From Proteromonas lacertae (lineage: Eukaryota), in the NCBI GenBank assembly GCA_002245135.1, contig NGBS01000010.1:62001-126000 (forward strand): a stretch of 64,000 bases of DNA, read 5' to 3'. The notes below the pieces were generated by a model. The model was not told the origin of the DNA, made no database searches, and saw only the letters and a list, made by a program, of their open reading frames with translations. Positions 37,009 to 50,763 of the stretch are shown in pieces. Positions within the stretch are counted from its first letter, which is position 1; every line of letters begins with the position of its first letter. The translations under genes and the position numbers were made by a program.

Positions 37009-40000
37009 TTATACATCATCTATTTCATTAATTAATTCAACTAATTTAACAACACAAGTTTCATAACTCAATCCACTTTTCTTCTTCCAACTGTTAATAT
37101 AAAAAGGATTTATACTACTATCTTTCTCTTCTTCACGATAATGATAATCACCGTTTAATAATTCTAAATAATAGCCAATTATATTCAACACTTTATCATC
37201 TTCACTATTACCTATCTTTTGACTTTTCCTTATGAGACTTTGTATCTTATCATTGATAATTTCATAATTGGTATAACCTACTTTCTTAGCTTCAGGAAAC
37301 ATACCTAAATTCAAACATGGAATATTCGAAACAACCCTCGTTTCTTTCCTATTAATTTTTTTATTATTGTGTTTGAATAATTCTGATAATTTTCTATCTC
37401 TTACGATATTATTATTATTATTATTATTATTACTCAACGTTGAAGTAGTACTTGATATGGATGGTAAAATGCTATTTTCAGTTTCATATTTGTAAGGACT
37501 GTTTATATTGATGTTATTAAGATCATTGATTGTATTATACCACTGTATACTCTCTTCAACTGTATCACATTGGAATATTAAGTGTTTTCCACCACTAATT
37601 ATTGATAATATGTTATTATCATATAATAGTATCTCTAAATCATTTAAATATATTGTATAAATGATAAAATATCGATTATTATATCCAAGTGAAGCAATTA
37701 ATAATATATCATTAAATAAGAAGAATCTTACTTCATTCTTAACATTATCATTTGTTATCCAATTCACATTTCCTTCACATTCTAAATTCCTTTCATAAAT
37801 TAACATTTTTATATTTCCATATAATCTATCATACACTCTATTCGTCTCAATATCAACAATTCTATTTTCTATTGATCTTTTAAACTCCAACATATCAGTT
37901 TGAAATAATGATACAACTTCACTTGTACTTAGTTTCTTATTATTATTAATTATAATGTCATACCATTCACTGTTATTCTGATTCTGCATAAGGAATGTTG
38001 GATCTGATAAATAGAATTCTAATTCAAAGTGTTTTAATATAATACAGGCACTTTTAGCTGAATCTTTGTTGTTTAGGAATATTGCATTGGATATTGCATA
38101 AGTTATTAAATCTGTAGCACTCATTAACTAATATAATAATATATATATATAATTATACAAATTCAGCACTAACATTCCTATATATTCTATATGATTTGAA
38201 TATCGTTCCACAGAGAGGAATTGTTTCAGGAAGTAATAATTCACTCAACACTCTGACAGTATCTGGAGATGTATCACGATTATATTTAAATATCTTATTC
38301 TTCTATATATAAACAATAAATAATAATAAATACTAATGATTTGATAATAACTTGACCTGATCTTACAATCTTCATTATATTATGTAAATATATATCATCA
38401 TCATCACCACCACTACCATTATTACCATCTTCATTATTATTATTATTATTAACACTACTTACATCACTTGTTGCATTACTATTACTGCCACTGGATAGAT
38501 TAATAGGATTATTCAACACTTCATTATATATATTAGTTAATAATGATTCAGATAAATCATTGCCTTCGTTTATACCTCTATTTTGTTCAATAAATTCATT
38601 GACAGTTTTCTTATTATCATCAGAAATATTTGGATCATGTAATTCTGAATTTAATATGATAATGGCAAATGTCAAGCTTGAGCAAACTCTGGGATTCGAA
38701 AACATATCAGGATTATCATTATAATAACATTGAGAAAATGTATCAATGATTCTTTCAATAACTTGTGCATCTGAAGGTAATTTAAAACCTGATTGGGTGA
38801 ATAATATTCTTAAAGCATCAGTGATTTTCATTTCATTGTATTTATTCCTTCCAATATAACATAATCTAACTTTAGAAAAGAAATTCTCATCATTCAAATC
38901 ACTTCCATTTTCACCTAAAAATGCACCTAATTGTTCTTCTGATACTTTATCCTGATGTAGACTAATGAAGTTAGATACTGTTTCTGGTTCTGATTTTAAA
39001 TATCCCATTGATAGTAGATATTGTAAACCTTTCTTTAACGAATCTTTCTCTTTTACTATTTTGAATGCTTCATCAATCGCTTTGGATGATAATTGTTGTT
39101 GAACTAATGACTTTCTTACTGAAGATGGGAATATATTTAAACCATTTGATAGATTACTATAAATTAATAAATAATAATTAGAATATATATATATACAATA
39201 GAATAGATTCTCTTTTAGCTGGTTTATTATGTTTCTTTTGGTTATTTCCACTTGTATGTTCTGTTGATGATGATGATGCTGGTGATAATGAATCTTCAGT
39301 TTTATCTTTGCTCCAAGATTCTGTCATTTCATAGTAAACTGTACAGTTGGCATTCATTGCTACTTTTTGTATATTTACTAAAATGTTTAGTGACTTTTCT
39401 CTGAGTAATTGTATATCATTAATTTCATCTAATTCATCTTTCATTTCATATGTATTTTCAATTACTAAAGATAATGTACTTACAGTTGATTCTAATACAT
39501 TATATGGTATCTATTAAAACAATAAATAATAATAAAAAACAATGAATATATATATATACATCTGAATTACAATCGTAATTAATAAATATCTCTATTATAT
39601 CTGTTGGAATATTAAAAATATTCTCATAATAATCCAATATAATCAACTTCAAAGATGCATTTAATCTCACACTACATAATATTCTATTCAATATGTTATA
39701 AATTATCGATAATTCAGCAAACATATATTCTTTATATGATTTCCATAAGATATTGAATAATTCCATAAATGGACCAAGCAACATTGGCTGTCTGTATTTA
39801 TCTATATAAAGATTCTCTAATATTGAAGGAAGTATGATATATTTAACGATATGTAAATAAACATTGTCATGTGTAATGAACTTTATTCCATTTAATAAAC
39901 AGTTTTGTAATAATCTTAATCCGAATATTCTACAAGTCAACTATTTACATAATTATATAAACATTATATAAAAAAATACAATTTCAGTAGAAAAATTTTG

Positions 40001-41801
40001 TTTATTAAAAGATATTGATGTATAAACAACACCTAAGAATATTAATTGTATGAAATTCTGATTAAAAATTGATGAACTCAAATATCTACTTACTGATTGT
40101 AATAATAATATCAACTCTGAACTAAATGGAGGTTGACAAATTAACTTCAAATAATATTTCTGTAAGATTTCAGTAGCTGTTGAGATTTCTATAATTTCAT
40201 ATAGAAGACTACTTGCTATTGATAATTTGTCATTGTTTGTTTGTATTTGTATGTAATATTCAGGAATTGGTTCAATAACGATTAAACTAGATACTAACGA
40301 GTAAACTGACTATTATGGATTAATTAATATAGAAAATTATACATCAAATTTCTTTAATTGTTCAATATTTAATTCATCTTTCACTTTACAATCTTTCAAA
40401 AATCCATCAATTCAATGAAATTAACAGTTTAGCCATTGAAACTGTAGATATACCTTTCTTATAAAATTTCAAACTATTAATAAGGAATGAATAAAGACTA
40501 GACCATAATGGTATTGGATATATTGAAGCTGATTCAGTTATATAATCAATAATAATATCATAAATAGGAGTTGACTATAATAAAACAATAATATATAATA
40601 ATATACAGTAACAATATTGACTACTGAATAATAATTAGTATTTAATAACTGCTGAAACGTCTGTATGGAGTTATTAATTATTCTATTATCTTTACAACAA
40701 CATCCTATTAACAGTGGTACTAAATAGGTAACACTTCTTGGCTTTATATCACTGTGTACTACTGATTGATTCATCATTTTACCATCACTGATACTAGTCG
40801 CATATTTCAACTTCTTTCTCATATGCAATGGTGTATTTGCATCGGTAATGTTATTTACTTCATTCTCTTCGTCTGGAATATAAGGATCTGTATAATCTAA
40901 CGTAGTATCGAAGAATATTGTTACTATAATAATAATAATAATAATACAATATTATATATGTATACATTTCTTATGTTGTCTTTTGGGTGATGGAGTTCTC
41001 AAAATGACAGAATCATTGACTAAATTCAAATCATATAAACTATCATAATCTCTATATATTGAAATTGAGCAGGAAAATTCTTGATCAACATTACACAGTA
41101 TTATTGGATTTAACGAAGGAGAATAGAGAATGGGAATATATCCATAAGATCTTGTTTGTTTCATATTATTCTGTATATCTATATCACATAATGGAACAGT
41201 ATTTAACTTAGAATAGCATAAATAACAGCATGGACCAGTTGTATGATCATTTAAGTTGATTATCTGTTTAGAGTAGTAATTTGTGACATATGTCCATCCT
41301 CTTGGAGCATGCTCTTTTCGACGAGGATATACAATTGTTACATCACATATTGGATCAAGTATTCCTCTTTTAATGCAAATGAATTTATTGTACAGATTTG
41401 GAGGGTTTGTTTGGGATATATGGTAGTTTACTAATTTATGATATCCAGTTGGACATATTTCATTCTAATACACGTTTAAAAGTAAAAGATTATACTCCTG
41501 TAATAATAGTTATGTCTTCTATAGGGGTGAGTTTATTGTCAATAATGGGTGGATCATACCTAGTATATATATGAGTAGTAAATACTTTTCTAAAGGTATC
41601 TTCGGTTTTTCATCTGGTGCTTTAGTAGTATTATTTACTATATCCATACACTTATCTTTAATAAATTGATATTCCTAGATTTTCAATTATTAGAAATATA
41701 CTTGTTCATTTATTAAGCTTAATAAATTATTATCCCCTTCCTTGAGGATGTCAAGGAAATTTACATTGCCTAAATAAAATGCATATATACTTTATACTCA
41801 T
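37009..41801 (-). CDS. Large ARF-GEF-like protein: MABP-like N-terminus, DCB/HUS-like region, Sec7, PH (one +1 frameshift near 40412)
   Basis: Sec7 motifs KKGLQYL, LGAFLGE, FKLPSDAQVIERI and FAIIILNSELHDPN; HUS-like IFINYDC; PH motifs FFLFNDILL and EESIQWYNTI; MABP-like DPICDVTIVYPRRKEHAPRGWTYV. Confidence 0.8.
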
Positions 41802-41936
41802 CTCTATTCCATACAACAAGAAATTAGTTTATGGTAAGTTTTTGTGGGTAAATATTTTGAATAACCTAAAACGACTCTTTTTGCAGATTCAAAGTAGATT
41901 TTGTTGTTCTGACTGGTGTATTAGATAAATAAGTTT

Positions 41937-43192
41937 ATGGTATTTATTACTTGGAATAAAATACAAAATAGGCTACTGTACCATCAATAAATATAACCAA
42001 AAATAAAGCTGAAACATTCTTCCCATATAAACATCAAGTTGGTGGTCAATTTCCTGTATTATCTGATAAAGCTGGAAAGGTATTGTATTTACATATACAA
42101 TTAGATCGCTAAACCGGGATCACCACAAGAAATCTCATTCTATGAATTTGTCAACTCTAAACAACATCCAATAAGTAATTTTATATGTAAATATTATGGA
42201 ATTGTTAACATCGATATAAGTGTATATTTTCTTCACAATTATACTCAAATTAATAGCTTTTCTTGGGTGTAAGTAACATGAATTCACCTTCTTACTACAA
42301 TGTGGAAGGTGAAGTAGCTAAATTAGATTCATCCTTGGTAGAATTCGCATCACCTCATGCAGATAGTCCAATTCCTCAAGATATCCACGTAAATTATAAT
42401 TTATGGGAGAAATTCAAAGGAGATTTTGCTAAAAAACTAATTATCAATAGAGATGGAGAGTGTTGTTATATAGTTATAGAGAGTTTAACATTTAAATATC
42501 ATAAACCGTGTGTATTAGATATAAAAATGGGAATACAGCAATATTGTATATTTTATTTAAAACATATTGGTCAATAGCTCCTCGTGCAAGTGTATCTAAA
42601 AAGCGTAGTCAAGATCATAAGACTTTAAAATCAACTAGTGCTTCATTAGGGTTGAGATTATGTGGAATGAAAGTAAATTTTGTTTTATTTTTATATTTTG
42701 AATAGACTTTTCATTATAGTGATCATAATCCTGATGGTATATATGTAATCAAGGATAAATATTGGGGAAGAAATATTCAGTTTAATGAATTTTTGAATCA
42801 ATTACAGTCATTTTTTTATAACGGAAAAACAGTTAGAAAGGATATAATAGGATCATTAATAGATAAAGCGAAAGAGTTGAGAAATAGTGTTGTTAAGGTA
42901 TAAATTACTAATTAATAGTATTATTGATTAAATAGACCAATTGGAGGTTTTGGTGTTGCTCATTGTTGCTTGTTTACGATGGAGATGGAGAAGGATGTGA
43001 ATTAAAAATAATTGATTTTGCAAATTCAGAGTATAATAATTCTTATTACACATCACCTGATTATGTATATATATTTATTATTGTAAATATTGTACCCTAA
43101 TGCGATTATAGGGGTTTTTGCTGGGAATAGACAATTTAATCTCTCTAATGAGTAAAATTTTTCATTCATGCAATACGTCTACTTATGATTAA
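41937..43192 (+). CDS. Inositol polyphosphate kinase (IP6K/IPMK family)
   Basis: HQVGG, PCVLDIKMG, STSASLGLRLCGMK, SLLLVYDG and KIIDFA; several short introns. Confidence 0.9.
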
Positions 43193-43496
43193 GTGCTTAA
43201 ATGTCTTTTAAACTTGCTTTTTGTGGGTTGATTTAATTATAAATTCAAAAATTTCGTAATATCAAGTATGTAGAAAGAAGAATCATTAAAAAGTAAGATC
43301 AAATTATAACATTTAAAGCTCACTAAGATAGAACCACTTTTAAAAATGTAACTGACATTTAAACTGTTGGGTTTTTTGAAATTGAAAATTGAATCATCAA
43401 TAGTCATTAATTATTCCGTTATTTCAAAGAATTTCTTACCGCAACGTTATATATTTTTAAGTTTTACATTTGTTGATACAATCCCCCCAGTAAATA

Positions 43497-44596
43497 ATGC
43501 AAAGCGAATCTTCATTTCTAAAATTCCCATCCGTAGACAAATCTAGCGAATCAAAACCCTTAGGATTACTATCTGAGAACGATGACAACACAGAATTTAA
43601 ATTAAATAAATCTAGATTATCTTTCTCAAATAGACGTCTATTCGAGGATATGGAAGATGATTCAGATTTCAATAACAAAGAAAACATCCCACCAATTGCT
43701 ATTAATACAGATATAGTTGATATCCCAGATTTACATTTCACAGAATCACCAGTTTTCTTTCCTAGGTATTGAAAAATATTATCTTATTGCTTAGAAAAAT
43801 GAATGATAAGAATGAGCACAAAGTTCCTTCTCATTTAGGATGTCATTGCAAAAGTTTCAGAGGTGTAACTGAATCTGTGTCTTGTTTTCCTACACCAGAA
43901 TTCAAGCCTTTCAAAAGATCATTACCAGATAGTTCTAACTACCTAATTTCATCTTTTAAGAGAAGTATTTCTCGATCATACTCAATGTCTTGTCAAGGCT
44001 TGAATGAGTTTGCTCCAAACACTCCGACAAGTAGTGTTACATCATCTATACTTCCAGATGAATTAATTCTTCCTCATATAAAAGAAGAAGGTGTGAATTA
44101 TATTAATTGTGAAACAATGTCTGACATTCTTGATGATACATATTCTGAGTGTTATTCTAAGATATACATATTAGATGCGCGATTCCCATATGAATATAAC
44201 AAAGGTCATATCAAAGGTGCAATTAACTTCATAAACCCATGTGATATTCAAAATTTCTTCTTTAATGAAGAGATGTTACGTGATACAAAGAATGGCAGTA
44301 AGGTTTTAGTGATATTCTATTGTGAATTCTCGGTGTTAAGATCTGTAAATATGGCAAAATACTTGAGAAAATGTGATAGAAAACATAATACTGATAATTA
44401 CCCATATTTGGATTATAGTGAAGTTTATGTATTGAAAGGCGGATATAGAAACTTCAACCAAGAGAAGAGTGATTATTGTAATCCTTCTTTATATGTCTCT
44501 ATGAAAGACGATGTATATCGAAGTGAAATGAAAAATTGTTGTAATGAGCTTACTAGAAGCTGGAGATCATTAGGAGAACATATTACAATACAATAA
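43497..44596 (+). CDS. CDC25: M-phase inducer phosphatase (Cdc25, rhodanese fold)
   Basis: ILDARFPYEYNKGHIKGAIN, FYCEFSVLR (CX5R), YLRKCDR, YPYLDYSEVYVLKGGY; one 29-nt intron. Confidence 0.88.
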
Positions 44597-44820
44597 TAAT
44601 TAGTTATTTTGAAAATGCTGTTATTTTGATTTGCAATCCTAATTGTCTTTAATCTTTATGTTTCTGTTGTTTTGGTGGTAGAAAGCTTAAAATGAATATA
44701 ATATATAATGATGTATTCTTCTACTTTTTCATCATATTTTCGCAATACACTTAAATACAATGAATGTATTTAGTTGTATTTCTTTTTTCTTTTTATATCT
44801 TCTAAATTAAGAATCTATTT

Positions 44821-46289
44821 ATGACTACAAGAATAAGGTATGATCAGTGTATTTCATATATGTTTCTAGACCACAATCTGCAGGCCCTCTTCAAACTGGT
44901 GTCTATATTCCTGGTTGTACAATTTCAAGCTTTACTTTTATTCGTCAAATGGGGAAGGGAGCATTTGGAGTTGTTTGGAAAGTAGAAAGTAATCAAGACC
45001 ATAAGTTCTATTGTATTAAGATCATAGAAGCGAAATTGTTAACTGTAGCAAAACGTAAACAAGCAATTCAAGAAGCATTAATATTAAGAAGACTTATTCA
45101 TCCCAATATCATTCATTATTACAATACTTTTGTAGAACAAAGAGTATATATACATTTTAGTTATTATGTAGAGGTTAAATATCGTAATGGAATGTGCAAC
45201 AAATGGCGATTTAGATCAATTGATAAAATATAAAAAACAAAGAAATGATCAATTCGAAGAAAAGTTTATATGGATTTTCCTCTCAAAGTTAATAGACGCT
45301 ATATCATATATACATTCAAATCATATTATACATAGAGATTTAAAACCTTCTAACATATTTCTAGATGAGGAAAATAACCCTAAAATTGGTGATTTAGGAA
45401 CTTCAAAGTTATTACAGAAAAATGAATATTATTGTACAAGTCAAACTGGAACTCCACTTTATTTAGCTCCAGAGATATTACGAAGTGAGAAATATAGTTA
45501 TCCAGTGGATATTTGGTCATTAGGAGTGGTATTATACTATATGATGACTTTTAACTTACCTTTTCTATCAAATAATACAAAAGAATTGGAATATTTAATT
45601 AGTATATATATTTATATTAATATTATTCTATTTTGTTAATAGTGCATAAAGAAATAAAGGAATTACCATCTTGTTATAGTGATAATTTAAGAAGATGTGT
45701 AAATGGAATGTTAAAGAAGAATCAGTATGATAGATATAATGTGAATGATATAAAGCTATGTTATCCAGTTCAGATTAAGGAATTATTTAATGATTCTTAT
45801 AACAGTAATCACAATACAAAAGCATCACCTACATCATCACCATCTAATAAATTATCTAATATTAATAAAAATAATAATAGAATACCTTCACCTCCACTTC
45901 ATAACAGAGTATATTTACATCATTCAACAACAATAAATGTAATAAGACAACAGAGTAGATGTATTAAAGAAGATAATAGTGATAGTAAAGTAGATAATAA
46001 TAATAATAAGAGAGTAATATCACTTCCACCAACATTTATTAAACCACCAACTATACCCAAGACTAATAATAATAATAGTAAAATAGAATCAATACCACCA
46101 TCTCCTGTGAAGAATGCTAGTAGAAGTGATCTTGTTAGACTACCTCCTCCAGTGTTTAGTAGTATTTATAACAACAGTAATAATAATAATGTGGTGAATA
46201 AAAGAAATATAGTAAAACCAAGAAATTCGAAACATTCAACTTTATCAGATTTATATAAGGCATCTAATTTGCCAAATAGTAAAGCATAG
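44821..46289 (+). CDS. NIMA-related (NEK) protein kinase
   Basis: GKGAFG, HPNII, HRDLKPSNIFL, KIGDLG, GTPLYLAPE, DIWSLG; S/N/P-rich tail. Confidence 0.9.
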
Positions 46290-46471
46290 TATTATTTAAT
46301 TATTTTTTTACTTTATATTTGTTTGTTTTGATGAGTAAAATTCATTTTTTAAAATCTTTCAACTATAACAACTTTGTTTACTTTTTATCATAAAAGGTGA
46401 TATAAAATAATTAATACTTTAATATAACCATGTAATACAAAAACATTCTAAAAAAATAAAAATAATTAACA

Positions 46472-49400
46472 TTAATTGCTTAATTTATAAAGTAACTCAT
46501 CAGAGCATTCGCAGGGTGTTTTCAATACTATTTCATAAACACATGTGGTTGGTTCTCGGAACTGATTCTATTTTATCTTCAGATCCACATTCTAAAATCA
46601 CTCTATTTATTATAATTATGATAATATAATCTTATATACTTTGCTTTTCTCTTTTTATCATTTGGACATTTCTCTCCATTTGTGAAAAACATCATTCTCT
46701 TCTTCTTAGACCATCTTTTAAAATGACCAATTAGAATATCATTTTGATAAACAGCGTTGAGAGATATGAATTTATAAGTATAACCATCAACAACATTAGA
46801 AATTGTTTCATTTGTTATTGACAAATAAACATCATTCTCATGAGATGAGTTTGAATTTAATGAATCAATTTCAGATTGTATAGTCTCAATAGTTGATAAT
46901 GTTTTATTCTGAACAGATTTAATATCTTCTCTAATTGCAGTTATGACTGAATAATCTGTTAAAAATGAATTTCTATCTAACTGCGGATGATAATAATGGA
47001 TAAATCTAACAGGAGTGTGATAGACAATTGATAAGAAATTGTTATTACTAACAGAGTTTGTAGTTGAAGAAACAAAACTATTAAATAAGATAATAATAAT
47101 AATAATATATATATATATATATATGTATTAATACTTAACTATAGATCTAGGTAATATCAATTTCACAACAAAAGTGAAAATAATTATAATACAATGAAAA
47201 ATGAAAGATATAATATCAGTAATAGGAGTTGGAATGAAAGAAATTAGTTTAAAAATTCCATGAAAAATTAGTGTAATTGGGCTGAGAATTAAACCTATAA
47301 TATGAGCAATAGTTATATAATATTTCTCAGTGAATAAATTACTATTTCCATCAATAATATCACCTATTACCTTGGATAATATTGAAGGTCTTGAATTAAT
47401 ATCATAATGAGTAGAATTTCTTTCGATTTTATCTAAAAACGAATAAAATTCATATCTCGTCTCATTTACTATAACAACACCATCTTTATATGATTCTCTT
47501 ATTTCCTATTTTAATAATAATAATAATAATAAAATATGATAAAATACAGTGAAATTAATATAATCATTACCATAATTTCTCTTCTTCAAAAACATTTGCC
47601 AATTTTCACCAACTTTATAATCATAATACTTTAAATCAATATCTTCGAGGATGTGAAATACCTTCAGGATTATTCATCATTTCACTTTCTTCTTCAGCTT
47701 TCTGCTTATCATAAACATCAACAGCTTTATCATTATTTTCACCACTACTGTTATTCTCATTATTCTTATCATCATCATTGCTTGTTATTGTTAATATATT
47801 TATGATTTTCATCTGGTGGAATATAATCTGGATCATTTGGATCAGCATATTTATAATAATCTTCATCATATTCTGGATCACCCATATATCTATCACTAGA
47901 AGGTTGATAATCATCTATTTCTCCTTGATTTCCTACATTACTACTGTCATGTGGCTGAACTGCAGTTTCATCACGGTGTTCTTCATATTCATCACTATTT
48001 CCATTACTCTCATCATTGTTATTGTCATTAGTATTGTCTTTATAATTACCATCTTCATCATATTCTGGCTCTTTATTATTATTCTCAACTCTATCTGGAA
48101 TTCCTTCTTGTTTTTCTTTCAATTTTTGATTTGTTTCATCATATGTGTGTGTTGTTGTATGATCTATTAATGATTCATCTTCTAAATATTCTTCAACAAC
48201 TACTACTCTAGGTGAGTGATAAACTGGAGGTATAAACTCATGAGGTGGAATGTAAAACTGTTTGGGTTTGGGTGGTGCAAATATCTTACGTTTTGGTTCT
48301 TTCTTCTCTTCTATCCATACTTCTGGTTGTAACTTCATTTCTTCATTTTTTGTTTCTTCATTGTTTTTATCTTCTTTCTTTTCTTCCTCGTGTTTTTCTT
48401 CTCCTTCTTCTACTTGTTTTTCTATTTCTTTTTCTTCTTCTATTACACCTTCATTATCATTATCACTATTCTCATTCTCAACATTGTATTTATCAACTTC
48501 AAAATCATCATCATAAGGAATGTCAAATTCATCTTCCATTAATATAGCTCTCTGTCTTTTCTCATTAACATCATTTTCATCTTCATTTACTTCTTCACTT
48601 TCTTTCTCTGTCATTATTGCTCGTTGTCTTTCATTTCCTTCTTCATTTACTTCTTCATTATTTTCTTCACTTTCTTTCTCTGTCATTATTGCTCGTTGTC
48701 TTTCATTTCCTTCTTCATTTACTTCTTCATTATTTTCTTCACTTTCTTTCTCTGTCATTATTGCTTGTTGTCTTTCATTTCCTTCTTCATTTACTTCTTC
48801 ACTTTCTTTCTCTGTCATTATTGCTTGTTGTCTTTCATTTCCTTCTTCATTTACTTCTTCACTTTCTTTCTCTGTCATTATTGCTCGTTGTCTTTCATTT
48901 CCTTCTTCATTTACTTCTTCACTTTCTTTCTCTGTCATTATTGCTCGTTGTCTTTCATTTTCATCTTCATTATTTTGATTATTAATATCATTTGTATAAC
49001 TCTCCATATCATTATTATTTATTCCACTATCTACATTCAATGTTGACAATCCATTAACCTCATTATTATTATTATTATTATTATTAACATCTACACTAAT
49101 TTCATTAGTATAATATTCAGTAAAAATTGATTGAATTGCATTGTTATATCTCCAATAATCCTGATATATACTGATTTTAGATTGAATACTTTCTATCCTC
49201 TTTGAAAATCGATTTATATCTTCCAGAAAGTCTCTATATTGTGAAATTGATGATAATTTTTGCTTTTTTACTTGTTCCAATTGTCCAACTCGTATTTTGT
49301 ATATTCTATTGCCTTCTCTGCATGTTTCTAATTCTTCTTTCCTTCTGTCAATTTCTTCTTGATATATTTCACTGCATGTATTATTGCATTTTATTACACC

Positions 49401-49724
49401 ATTAAATTCATCAGAACCATCACAACAATCACAAAGCTATGAATTAAATGTAGTGATATATACTCCATCATTAACCCTCGTAGAATATATAGTTGTTTGG
49501 ATATATCCTTCATTTTTGCAAGTAAAGTTAGTCTGGAACATGGAACAAGCATCAGTCAAATACTCATCCGCTCCATTACCTAAACAATCACAATATCCAT
49601 CATTAATCATATTATTTTCTATATTTACTTGCTGGCCATACTCATTCAAACAAACCACATTAGAAGACTTTTCAGCATAAACTACTATAACAGCTATAAA
49701 AATAAATGTTTGACAAATATACAT
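46472..49724 (-). CDS. Glucosidase II beta subunit (PRKCSH)-like protein with long acidic insert (+1 frameshift near 47780)
   Basis: Signal peptide; INDGYCDC..GADE..TDAC, FTCKNEG and STRVNDG-LCDCCDGSDE; C-terminal MRH-like FTNGEKCPN...EPTTCVYE...TPCEC. Confidence 0.8.
48581..48960 (-). repeat. Coding minisatellite, about six copies of 60/72-bp units
   Basis: Encodes ERQ(R/Q)AIMTEKESEE(NNEE)VNEEGN; copies are near-identical at the DNA level. Confidence 0.95.
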
Positions 49725-49857
49725 ATGAATATTAAAAACATCAAAACCAACTTCTTCATTTGAAAAAGGGAAAAATTCAAAATGAATTGAAGTGGCAAGC
49801 TTTGCTTGAAGATAAGACGTTTTTTTTGATCTTGAACAATAGCAAAGGATTGTCAAG

Positions 49858-50376
49858 ATGCCATTAACACAACAAGAAATGGATGCAGCTATACAATCGT
49901 TTATGGAGTATGATAAGGATCGTAGTGGTACAATTGATATGTGGGAATTGAAAGATGTACTTTGGGGTATTATAATTGTAATATATTTTATAGCTATGGG
50001 TCAACAACCTACTGAAGAGGAGCTATTCCAGATGATTGCAGAAGTTGATGATAATATGAGTGGAGCTATTGATTTCAGTGAATTTTTAAAAGTTGTAGAA
50101 AATCAGAAAGAAAGAGCAGAAGCATTAGGTGATGAAAATGATACTAGTATATTTTTCTTTTTTTATAACATATGTATAATAGTTGATGCATTTGTCGCTT
50201 GCGGAGGTAATGCAGATAAAACAGGTGTTGTTAGCAAAGACTTACTTAAGAAGATTATTGTGAATGATTTTGGAATGACTTTTGATGTTGATGCATTATT
50301 TGAGAATATTGACACTTCTGAGACAGGAGGAATTGAATATAATGATTTTAAGAAAATAATGAACCCAAATTCCTAA
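49858..50376 (+). CDS. EF-hand calmodulin-like protein, outer-arm dynein LC4-like, paralog 1
   Basis: DKDRSGTIDMWEL, MGQQPTEEELFQMIAEVDDNMSGAIDFSEF, DAFVACGGNADKTG; two in-frame introns. Confidence 0.8.
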   Translation: MPLTQQEMDAAIQSFMEYDKDRSGTIDMWELKDVLWGIIIVIYFIAMGQQPTEEELFQMIAEVDDNMSGAIDFSEFLKVVENQKERAEALGDENDTSIFFFFYNICIIVDAFVACGGNADKTGVVSKDLLKKIIVNDFGMTFDVDALFENIDTSETGGIEYNDFKKIMNPNS

Positions 50377-50763
50377 AGTTGATATAAATAGATAAATTAA
50401 TATTTAACATATAATCATATCAGGCATGGTAGTTAATTGTTGTATTATTGTTTTTATTGGATTACTCTGTTAGGTTAATTTTTCTCAATTATCATGGGAT
50501 GAGTTAAATATGTGAAAAAACGATGAAAATGAGATATATTATACAGAAATTAATTGTCATAATAAGAAAGAGAAAAAATAGAACATGAAATTTGTGTTTT
50601 ACTAATCTCAAATATGGAAAGCTTTTCATAATGTATAATGGAATAGTAACTGACATACTAGAATTAGTAAAACAACTGTTTTTATACAATTTTTAAGAAG
50701 CTTGAGATAGTTTGAAATCGTTTTTTAAATTTTTTTCTTCACATAACTAACATATATTAAAGA

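Noticed and set aside
48581..48960. CRISPR-like array
   Set aside because: Units are contiguous with no unique spacers, in frame in a eukaryotic CDS, and no cas genes are present.
47778..49046. Hydrophobic plus-strand ORFs (F/S/L/I-rich), also 25051-25389 and 8281-8631
   Set aside because: Antisense shadows of E/D/N/Q-rich coding sequence on the other strand.
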